DNA of 63,369 bases, the filler included, from Rhabdomonas costata (Eukaryota), in NCBI GenBank assembly GCA_019059605.1. It is 54 parts of 54 records of this genome, joined end to end, with 100 filler letters (N's around TTAATTAATTAA, not from the genome) between each part and the next. Parts side by side here need not be neighbours in the genome. Positions count along the whole stretch, not along the records: positions 22,322 to 23,397 come from JAHMHO010029891.1; positions 23,498 to 24,573 come from JAHMHO010029892.1; positions 24,674 to 25,750 come from JAHMHO010029893.1; positions 25,851 to 26,926 come from JAHMHO010029894.1; positions 27,027 to 28,100 come from JAHMHO010029895.1; positions 28,201 to 29,276 come from JAHMHO010029896.1; positions 29,377 to 30,452 come from JAHMHO010029897.1; positions 30,553 to 31,628 come from JAHMHO010029898.1; 46 more parts are not named here. One strand, given 5' to 3'. The notes beneath the pieces were generated by a model that saw only the letters and a list, made by a program, of their open reading frames with translations, had not been told where the DNA came from and searched no databases. The translations under genes and the position numbers were made by a program. This document shows positions 23,385 through 33,810 of this stretch, one piece after another; positions within the stretch are counted from its first letter, which is position 1, and each line of letters opens with the position of its first letter.

Positions 23385-24901
23385 GATACAGTATAAANNN
23401 NNNNNNNNNNNNNNNNNNNNNNNNNNNNNNNNNNNNNNNNNTTAATTAATTAANNNNNNNNNNNNNNNNNNNNNNNNNNNNNNNNNNNNNNNNNNNNGTG
23501 TGGAGACCTGCTAAGTGAATAATGCGCCAAAGGCGCGGCTTTTTTGTGGGGGTTGATTCCGCTTTTGTGGTGGATTTTGAAGCGAATTGTGAAGCTCTGT
23601 GGAATGATACTTGAGGAGTGGGGTGTATAGAGTTCGTGTTTGAATCTGTGGCTATCAGGAAGGTGATGACTGAGTTTACGGGGTAACGGACTTTATTTGG
23701 AAAGCCACAGGGGCACACGCGACACACACACCTGGCGCAACATTTCTGGCGACGGGCAAGTTGCGGAGGGAACGCCGTAACTCTTGTACAGCCTTTTTCT
23801 CGTATTTCTACTCGTTTGTTTCCGCACCTTTTTGTCTCGTTATTGCCTCCCAGCGGCCTTCAAGCCCCACTTTCTGGAGGGAACAGCGCTCATCACGCAT
23901 GACTTCCGTTCGGCCAGCCGAGACCTTTTGTGAATCCCCTGTGCAGCCCTTATGGTGGCCAGGGACCCACTACGTTTCTACGTTCCCGTTAATAACGTCC
24001 TGCCAGGGTATCAAGATCAACCGCGCCAGTGGCTCCGGGTGGGGTTTTTAACTTGACTCAGGCACTGATGGAATGAGCGCCTTTAAGTGAAATAAATGTG
24101 TGGAGTGCTTGGTTCTGCCGCAGCCTTTTTTGGGAAAGAATGAACGAAATTTGCGAAGGGGACAGACATAGTGTCATTAGCGGTGGCCAGGACAAGGTCA
24201 CTTATTATCAAACCAACCTCAAACAACATTAAAACCAGGAGCATGCACGAAGGTGGATGCAAGTGCACCAGAAGGTTCAGAAATACTCCACGTAACAACA
24301 ATGATGTACAAGCACACCCCCAGGACCTGATCTCCTAGAATGTGGGTTCTCATGGCTGCGCTGGTGGACTGAGCAGCATAACGTCAGGCAAGGAAAGAGA
24401 TTGAGTGCCCACCAGCGGGGAGTTCAACGAGCGAGGCGACTGAGGCCCGACCTCATTCGTAACATACGTCAGGGTGACCTTATCAGGAGCTTTTGGAAAG
24501 TTGCACTCCCCGCTGGTGGGCACTCAGTCTCTTTCCATGCCTGACGTTATGCTGCTCAGTCCACCAAACCCCCNNNNNNNNNNNNNNNNNNNNNNNNNNN
24601 NNNNNNNNNNNNNNNNNTTAATTAATTAANNNNNNNNNNNNNNNNNNNNNNNNNNNNNNNNNNNNNNNNNNNNTAACGTTCACTTCCCAGGTCAGCGCGA
24701 CCAAAAGCCGGTCCGAGAATGAGCTTCTCTTGGATTCGGAGTTGTGCAGAAAATGCGATAACCCCAACTGCTTCGATCGATCGAGAGAGTGAGAGCGCGC
24801 GTCGGCAGAGAGATATCCGCGGGAAAAAATGGCACTGCCTCAACCCAAACCATGCCCCACAAAACAAACGAAGCACAAAAAAGAAAATGCACGGAATCCC
24901 A

Positions 24902-24971
24902 CATTTCTCAGCAGGTGGTGGAATGAATCATGAGCTTTCATACGGGGAAAGAAGTAAACCATCATGGAATG
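24902..24971 (-). ncRNA. Box C/D snoRNA, snR190/SNORD12-like LSU guide (copy 1)
   Basis: Box C ATGATGG, D' ATGA, C' ATGATTC, D CTGA, terminal stem CATTCC/GAAATG; D' guide CTTCTTTCCCCG is complementary to conserved LSU CGGGGAAAGAAG. Confidence 0.85.
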
Positions 24972-25584
24972 AGCCTTCCGCCTCCTTTTGCCCCACTCCA
25001 AGTCCAAAGCGGAATAAAAAGTTTCTTCAGAAATAACCCCCCACCCCACCGAAAACAACCCAAAAAAATTTCGCCGGAAGAAAAAGTGCACGCTGAACAA
25101 CCTTCTGCTTGTCCTTTCCCATTCAAATGAAAAACGTGATCTGATGCTATAGTGTCGATAGGGAAGAAAGCGGGAAACGAATTCGGTTCGTCTCAAGGCC
25201 TTTCGCCAGATGCGAAACTCTCGAATGTTGCCATGCGCGCTCGGCACTTCCACTGAAAAGAACAACACCCCGCTGCCGCGATAAAACCTTAACTCCAATG
25301 ATGGCTACCGCCACGCCCAAAAAGTCTAGCTCCACGTCTGGCAATCCAGGCATCCTTAACGTTCACTTCCCAGGTCAGCGCGACCAAAAGCCGGTCCGAG
25401 AATGAGCTTCTCTTGGATTCGGAGTTGTGCAGAAAATGCGATAACCCCAACTGCTTCGATCGATCGAGAGAGTGAGAGCGCGCGTCGGCAGAGAGATATC
25501 CGCGGGAAAAAATGGCACTGCCTCAACCCAAACCATGCCCCACAAAACAAACGAAGCACAAAAAAGAAAATGCACGGAATCCCA

Positions 25585-25654
25585 CATTTCTCAGCAGGTG
25601 GTGGAATGAATCATGAGCTTTCATACGGGGAAAGAAGTAAACCATCATGGAATG
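25585..25654 (-). ncRNA. Box C/D snoRNA, snR190/SNORD12-like (copy 2)
   Basis: Identical copy 683 bp away. Confidence 0.85.
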
Positions 25655-28600
25655 AGCCTTCCGCCTCCTTTTGCCCCACTCCAAGTCCAAAGCGGAATAA
25701 AAAGTTTCTTCAGAAATAACCCCCCACCCCACCGAAAACAACCCAAAAAANNNNNNNNNNNNNNNNNNNNNNNNNNNNNNNNNNNNNNNNNNNNTTAATT
25801 AATTAANNNNNNNNNNNNNNNNNNNNNNNNNNNNNNNNNNNNNNNNNNNNGTTTGTTGGTACTACAACGCTTCTCACTGCTTCTTTTTATCCAGTGACGA
25901 GCGTTGTAGTACCAGCAGAGCCCCGAAGAGTTTACTTTCGGAATACAAATACACATAGATTTAGGGCCGCGGGGAGCGCAAGTCCACTCTCAGCAGACTG
26001 GCGTAACGACGCAAAGAAAGTCCGGCTTGCTGCGTGCGGCGCCCTGAGCCCTGTAATGGAACGTAAAGGAATGTACTGTTCAAAATTCAGCAACGGTGCG
26101 CACCTTGAGGTGCAGCATTCACTTGCAAACGATGCGATGCAGCTGTTGGTGCAATCGATGTCCTTTTGCTCTGTCGCGGAAGCGGTGCAGTATTCAGGAC
26201 GAGAAGGGTGTGCATGTTTGTGGTAGCAACCAGTTCACCACAATGATGCTAAGTCACTGGAAAACGTTCCAAACGATCTTTTCTGAGATGCCCGCGCCAG
26301 TGAAATGGACTTTTAAATGGGGAGTCTGAGAACCCCTCTTTGAGGACAGGCAAAAGATCAAGAATTAACTACTATGAACCACACGTTGCCTTCGACCCGC
26401 ACTCTCTGTGCCAATCCCGCTTCAAGCCAACAATAGTGTTCGCTTGCACCGCCGAGTCTTCGAGATAGCTTGCCAGCACCGCCGCCGTTCTCGCCAACAC
26501 CTTTGCCGCAGCAAACCGGAAGCCTTAATAGATACAGGCACCAAAAAACTCATCGAATAAGCACTGGCGCCATATCCCCGGTAGAAAGGAGGTTGCACTT
26601 GACATGAACCTAAGTATGAAGCAAGAAAGGCTGAGAAGGCATTCATTGCACGCCAACCTTAAGCACTGCCGTTGGCAGGCAGCACCGCCACATCGCTTTC
26701 CGTTACGGGCTCAGCACTCGAGGCCTGGTTTCCAACGCTCACCGGGGCGGCGCCATCCTGAGGATTTTGCTCGACATCCGCCGCTGCCTGCAGTTTTAGA
26801 AAGAAGGAAAAGAGATGCGGGCGCAGGCGGAGAGATTTGTCAAATAGAACAATAAGGACTGACACCACAAATTGAGCGAGCACACACACCAAAAAAACCA
26901 GGTGCCCAAAAACATCCCACACACCCNNNNNNNNNNNNNNNNNNNNNNNNNNNNNNNNNNNNNNNNNNNNTTAATTAATTAANNNNNNNNNNNNNNNNNN
27001 NNNNNNNNNNNNNNNNNNNNNNNNNNTGTGTTGGGTGAGTTTAGTTGTGTGGTGGCCGCTCAGTTTTTGCTGAGTACGTGCACACAGTACTTTGCACTTT
27101 TCTATGTTCCTTATTTTGTCTGCCGCAGAAAGCCGAGGTTGGATGTCAGACTCAAACGAAGTCGCTGTTCGATGACGATGCGGATGCGTAGCCTTCCCGT
27201 GGTGGCGATGCAGGCCTTTGAGCTTTGGCTTTCGCTGCTATGCCTCTGGATAATACGGTGCTTGTGATAAAGGTAGTCCTGGTGCATGTGCAGGCCGGAG
27301 AAGTTCGGTTGTGGCTGAGTGTCTGCATGCTTTGGTCGCTGTAGGGCTATTTGACCTTTCGTTGCATGAACCTGTGTCCGTCTGTCTATCGTTCGTGCGT
27401 TTGCATCTGCACGCTGTTCCCTGGTGGTGCGTCTTACGTCAAGCAAACGGGGCTCATACAGGATCAGTCTTCGGTTTCTGTATTACACAGTGAGCAATTG
27501 CGGGATGCCCCTCCCCGCCCTTTCGGGCTGAAACATAAATGGGGAAGGAATATTTGAAAAGGAACTGTGGTGGCCCGCAACAACAAAAGTTGATGTTGAC
27601 AGACTCGCGTAAGGATGTGGGTTTGAACGACGCGGAAGCCCATCTGAATCAAGGGCGCGGCGAGTGACGACCCAGTTGACAACCGAGATGTGATCACACC
27701 GTAGTACCCCACACCATCTGTGCAGCTGCAGGAACCTGGATGGCCGATGTAATTCTTATACCGTGGCCATGGTACTTCGAAACCTTCAGCAGAGCAGATT
27801 CAAGCCAACGATGCCGCGGAAGCTCGGCCAACCAGTGGCCCAGCACCGCAGCATTTGCTTTTCAACCCAAAATTGACTAAAATCCTATCTTTGCGAACTT
27901 AGCTCGAATGGATATGTAAACGGCTCTCAGCGGTTTACGCACGTGCTCTGAGCAAGAACAGCATGAAAACGGATTCGAGCCAATTTTGGTGTCGGGCAGT
28001 GTTCATTTTAGTGGTTACCCTTTACTCCCAAGTCGGTGTGTGTGTGTGTGTCTGTGTCGCACAAGGAAGGCGAGTTGGGAGTAAAGGGTAACCACAAAAC
28101 NNNNNNNNNNNNNNNNNNNNNNNNNNNNNNNNNNNNNNNNNNNNTTAATTAATTAANNNNNNNNNNNNNNNNNNNNNNNNNNNNNNNNNNNNNNNNNNNN
28201 TTGTGTGTGGTGCTGCGCACTCTCACTAATGGCTCTCTCAGGGTTCACTGTGGGGTTGTCTTTGCCCGGAGGTCTTTGTAGATTGTATGTGTGTAGGGTA
28301 GACAGTGTGTGTATAAGGGGGAAGGCAGCTGGCATGTGAACTCCGAATGTATGTTGTTGTCCCGTGAATGGAGTGCTGTCACTTCAGGGCTGTGGGCGGC
28401 GATAGTGCCGCAGGTGCCAAAGACAAATTAACCGCCAGAGTTTTTGAATCCTGCTCTGAGGTCGAGAATGCAAGGGCTTGTGCTGAATGACCAATGGCCA
28501 ACACGAGCCCATGTGGGATGGGGACCTCGGGATTGTCCCCTTGTAGCCGTGGAGGTCCTGTCTTTGGGGGTGCATTGTCGATGCGATGCGATACGAATGC

Positions 28601-28808
28601 GATGCGAACTGGAACCTTCAAGAATAAATGGCCCAGAAAATGAGTTTGGCCTGAAATTTTAATACGTCGGTTGTTTGATGAATTTTCGCCGGTGCACGTG
28701 CCCGCAGTGCTGTTCCCTCTCTCTCTCTTCGGGCACCCCTCCCAAAACCTGTTCTGAGAGGGAGGAAAGCGAAAAACAGAAAGAGCAGAGAGCTCGCAAT
28801 TTGGCAAA

Positions 28809-28952
28809 ATGGCCGGGCAGCCCTGCGAGATTACCATTCAGGCGGGCCCGAAGAAGGTCTCCCTGAACCCTGGGCTATTCATTGGCGGGAAGTTCGTGTC
28901 CTCCGCGGCGCAGAAGAAGATGCCTGTCGAGAACCCCGCCACGGGTGAGCAG
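28809..28952 (+). CDS. Aldehyde dehydrogenase, first coding exon
   Basis: MAGQP...GLFIGGKFVSSAAQKKMPVENPATGEQ then a GT donor; classic ALDH N-terminus. Confidence 0.9.
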
Positions 28953-30798
28953 GTCGTGGATATTCTTGGCCACATCTATCGCCAAGAAACCTTAGGGCTC
29001 CCATAATCATGCGTGTGTACATCTGGCTGCTCCTCGGCGTACGCGGTTCCATCGATCGCCGTGCCCACCGTGCACCACCGCACCGAGAGGACCCACCAAG
29101 CGAAAAGATAAATAGGCGCGAAGCTCATGAACAACGGCTCATCACAGCATAATGGCGCGAGAAGGAGCCCTGTTTGCGTGCCATCCCATGTGGAGCCGAA
29201 CGCCGCGTTTCTCTGTGAAAGCCACTGAAATTTTTCTTGGGGGGTGTTCCTCACATTCACTCCCCCGACACACACANNNNNNNNNNNNNNNNNNNNNNNN
29301 NNNNNNNNNNNNNNNNNNNNTTAATTAATTAANNNNNNNNNNNNNNNNNNNNNNNNNNNNNNNNNNNNNNNNNNNNCTCAGCATTCTGGAACTTCGCCGT
29401 CGTTGACAAAAGTCCGAAGTCCATCGATTTTCTGAAAAGCAGCAACAGCCTTTTTTCTACTTCCCACACCTAGAAAGGAAAAAGGAAGAAAGAAGTAGCA
29501 AATCCGTCGAACGAAAAAAGAAAGGGCTGGAAAATAGAAAATAAAACTCAACAGAAGCACTGATTTATTCCCAGGGCAGCCCAAGCCCAACGCGTTACCG
29601 AGGGGGATACCTCAGTTCACGCGTCCAAATCTTTTGTCAGCGGCTGGCCCGGAAGCATATGGTACGAGTTGTGGCGGAGGCATCCGTAGGTGGACATAAG
29701 TGGGAGCAATGAAAGTTGGGGGAGTGGTAACCGTAACCGGTGGTTCAACTCTAACTATGGGACCATGCTTTTAAAGAGTCGTTGAAGGTCACGTCCCCGA
29801 CGCAGCCGCCGCTCCGGCCGCCGCGCAGACTAGCCTCCGTTCCTATACTAATGCTGTCCGACTGGTCCGCCCATATTCCAGCCATATGCGAGCCCTCAGT
29901 ATTTTGGAGCAGCTAAAAAAGCAATCATCTAAGGGGGCACTGGCTTACCTAAACCCCTTAAACAAAAATAAAGTCACTTCGAGAATGCTGGCATGTTCTG
30001 CACAACGTTTTTTTCTTGTTAATTTAACAAAAATATATTAAGACACTTTTCAGTCACCAGTGGTAACCGTTGCTTACAACCCCGCAATTGGGCCCATACG
30101 TGAATACCCCGGAGCGAGTAAACTGCTGACGAATGGTATGAGAGAGAAAGGAATTCGCATATCCAAACATCTTGAGAAGACGTCTGCCTCTTTCACGAGT
30201 GTTAGTATTACTTTTTTTTTTGCAAAAAAAAAAGAACACAAAGCTACGCAGTCCATCTGCTGCTCCAGATGAAGCAGAAGTACGCACACACACAGATATA
30301 CACACAACAATAGAAGCCGTGTTCGATGCCTGCCACAGAGAAAGGGCCGACAGTCATCCAAAAGAACCATTGCGCTGGGGTCAAGCAGCTGAACTGGCTC
30401 CTAAGCAATGCCCCACGGCAACGCAGGCACGGAACACGGAACCACAAACACCNNNNNNNNNNNNNNNNNNNNNNNNNNNNNNNNNNNNNNNNNNNNTTAA
30501 TTAATTAANNNNNNNNNNNNNNNNNNNNNNNNNNNNNNNNNNNNNNNNNNNNTGTGGTGGGGGTACGCACGGCTGCAGTGGTGGGTGGGGGCTAACTTCG
30601 GATGTGCCCCAGCCCAGAACACCAGCCGTGTTGGTTTGGTTTGATATTCCCAAACTTCACTTATCAGCTGTGCGCAGAAAACTTTGAAGTTGAGCGACCC
30701 TACGACCAACTAGTAGGAGAGAGAGTATCACAACCAAGGATCCAGTTCTAGCGGGACCCCGGCCTCCTTTGCCACCACTCATTTTCGCATTTCTAACC

Positions 30799-30802
<4 letters not shown>

Positions 30803-30829
<27 letters not shown>
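30803..30829 (+). repeat. (AG)n microsatellite
   Basis: Dinucleotide run. Confidence 0.9.
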
Positions 30830-30833
<4 letters not shown>

Positions 30834-30939
30834 GAGACAGCAAGAGATTGTAAGGTCGACGTGTTGCAGAGCCAAATAGAAAATGCGCAATGTTTCCTGC
30901 GCGGATTTTTGCGGATGCTCTCCCCTTCCCTCTGCGCAG

Positions 30940-31527
30940 GGCCCTCCTCTCTGGCGGCGTTCTCGCTGCCCAAGGCCCTGGACTCCGTGCTGCCGTATTA
31001 CCTCAAAACCCTCGCCAGCACTTCTCTGGAGGCCCGCGAGGGCGCCGCCCGCGCCTTCTCTGACATCGTCGAGCTCGTCCCTCAGGCACGCGCGGCAACC
31101 CCCCTGGCAACTTATCATACCATCCAACCGCCAGCATCGCACGTTTATTTGGGTTGTTTGCGTGAATGTGCCAACATGGACAATCTTTTTGTTTTTGGTG
31201 TTTTTGTCATTTGCTGCGCCTTTTACCTTCAACCTGTTCAACCAGTGGCCGTCCGTTTTGTCCATTTGTTCAATCCGAAACACGCCCTTCATCTCAAGTG
31301 GTGGATGTTTCTGGGGAGGAGGGATGGTATGGCTGTGCCCCTCACTTAGGCCGCGCTGGAGAAGTACATGCTGACCATCATTGGGCCCATCCTAAGGGTT
31401 GTCAACGAAAAGATGCCGCCCTCACTACGGCAAGCCCTGCTGTCCGCGCTGACCCTACTGGTCTCCCGCGGAGGGGCCTCCGTGAGGGCGTTCTTGCCGC
31501 AGCTCCACAGCAGCTACGTGAAGGCCC
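30940..31527 (+). CDS. GCN1: eIF2-alpha kinase activator GCN1, HEAT-repeat exons (30940-31085, 31350-~31527)
   Basis: AFSLPKALDSVLPYY...EAREGAA...|AALEKYMLTIIGPILRVVNEK...VRAFLPQLHSSYVKA; intron 31086-31349 is GC-AG. Confidence 0.9.
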
Positions 31528-33339
31528 GTCATTTCCCGCCCGCCACACACTTCCCCTTGTACCCCACGACGTGGCGATCTGGGTTTATGTGGGTGAGCGG
31601 GTCCCAAACCCACCAAACACACCCACACNNNNNNNNNNNNNNNNNNNNNNNNNNNNNNNNNNNNNNNNNNNNTTAATTAATTAANNNNNNNNNNNNNNNN
31701 NNNNNNNNNNNNNNNNNNNNNNNNNNNNGGTTGTGGTGGAGTACGCACATTCGGAAGTGCACCGGTTACTGCCGGTGCGACACTGACCTTGGTGGTTGGC
31801 TTGGGAGCTGGTATGCGCTGGATTTGGAGCTGGCTTTGGAGCTGTGTTCGGAGTTTCCGCTGGCGTAAGCACAGTTTCTGGTGGTGGTGTCTTTGGAGTC
31901 TTCTGTGGACGTTCCAAACCGCCAGAGAAACTGAAATTGCTGCAGTCAAAGCAGTGTCAAGCCGACTGCCATGGCCCCACGAAGTATCACCGAAAATGCC
32001 AGCAAGTGATCGCTTCAGAGGTTTCCATTCTTGCGCTGCGTCCGAGGAGGCAAACATTCACCAGAGAACCTGATAAAGTGGGCAGTACCACAGCTGGCGC
32101 ACTTCGACAAACCGGATCTGTTCCAATAGAAACCTTCTAGTTGCGCAGTTGCCCACGGAGGCCACCAAATTCAAGAGCATTGGGACTTCGCAACACATAC
32201 GACGTAACCACGTCGAGCAGCACACCGCTGATGATGAAGGAATGGAAACTACAGTGGCTTGAGGTGGAATCAGCATGCTACAGAGCAAAATGTCCAGTTG
32301 TGCATTAAGGTAGCGCCGTTTGAGAAGTTCCCAGACGAGTTTTGCTGGACGCGTACGGCGCTGCAGCGGATTTGCCAGACTACTAAAAAACTCCGGCCCT
32401 TGTTGAAACAACACATCGTGTGTCAGTCTGACTCCGCTTAACTAACCACGTGCAACGGCAAACATTCCTCCCGCCTACACAACGCACATACACGCGTACA
32501 CATCCTGACTATGTGTCCCTGCAGCCTGCTATGGTCTCGGTACACGCTGATTCTCAGTGTGTGTCGGAACAGAAAGTTTTTGACCATGCCATTATGCCCC
32601 ATACAAATTTGTCTGTGGCACAAACGTCAGTGTATGCACTGTGCTCACAACGTCTCTCGAAGTGTTGCGTTGGTGCTCTGGGATTTAAGCACAACCGTGC
32701 CCACATCGCTCGCTGGAAGGAACATTTTGCCCGCACAAAGCTGTGGAATTCTCGCATGTCGTTAAGACGATTCGCAGTGCGACGGTAGTGCTCGACACCA
32801 CCCCNNNNNNNNNNNNNNNNNNNNNNNNNNNNNNNNNNNNNNNNNNNNTTAATTAATTAANNNNNNNNNNNNNNNNNNNNNNNNNNNNNNNNNNNNNNNN
32901 NNNNCGATACACTTTTGTGTAGAAGAAGGGCACAGCCCCTCTTCCCCAAATTCCTGCGGCCTCAAAGGGTTTTCCAAAGTTCACCGAGCTGAGAGGAAAG
33001 AGGGGCTGTGCCCTTCTTCTACACAAAAGTGTATCGCCATCACACAGAAAGCTACTAACTTTCCCAGTGGCTCACTAGCAGCGGTCAGCATATGCAGCCT
33101 CGAGACTGAATCGAGACGTCTTTGCGTGTTTTTCTTTCTCGAATTTTTTTTTGGTTTCCCCGAGTTTATTGTTCTTTGCATTTTTTCTCGACATTTGCAA
33201 TTTTCGTATTCTTTCCTAATGCTTTCCCTTTAAATCCTCACTTCTTCAAATTTTTACTCTATAAGTCGCCCCATTTTCGCACTTTGCGTCCGAAAATTCG
33301 GCGACCACAGCTTGAGGGCAGCAAACACAGGTACATGCA

Positions 33340-33810
33340 CGCCTTCGTGGAGCTCGGGGCGTAGTTGAAGCATTGCAGACTGAACCGCACTCCCAAGCTG
33401 TCCGCGGTCTGCTTCATGCTGTTCACCAGCCGCATGTCCAGCCACCCCGGGGCGAAGTCCCCACTGGAGTTGTACCCCGTCACGGGCCCGCGGAGATGGG
33501 GCAGGAACCCCAGCGAGAGCTCCCCAGGCTCAAACGAGACGATCCCCCCGTAGGCCGCGCCCCACGCCGTCGTGTTGCCAGACTGCGCCAGCGCTGTGAA
33601 GGTGGACGCCATGGCAGACACCGAGGCGTACAGGCTGCTCGTGGGCCCCGGGATGGGGGTCAGGGTGTACCCCGTGATGTCCGCCCAGTTGGTGGAGCAC
33701 CGCTCCGTGGCGAAGGCGTCGTTCTCGGCGCACATATCGGAGCCCACCGGCCCGAACAGCCCCCCGGCTCGCCATGTGGTGGTGTCTAGCTGAGCCGTGG
33801 TGTTCTCAAC
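33340..33810 (-). CDS. Large exon of an unknown, probably extracellular glycoprotein
   Basis: Open GC3-rich frame after cag: VENTTAQLD...WADITGYTL...FSLQCFNYAPSSTK; several N-glycosylation sequons; donor uncertain. Confidence 0.65.

Larger units (their letters stand above)
24674..25750. repeat. Tandem repeat with a 683-bp unit (snoRNA gene array)
   Basis: Sequence from 24674 recurs identically from 25357 to the contig end. Confidence 0.97.

Noticed and set aside
24674-25750. 683-bp repeat as a 5S rRNA/spliced-leader tandem unit
   Set aside because: No recognisable 5S sequence or euglenozoan SL exon on either strand; snoRNA motifs explain it better.
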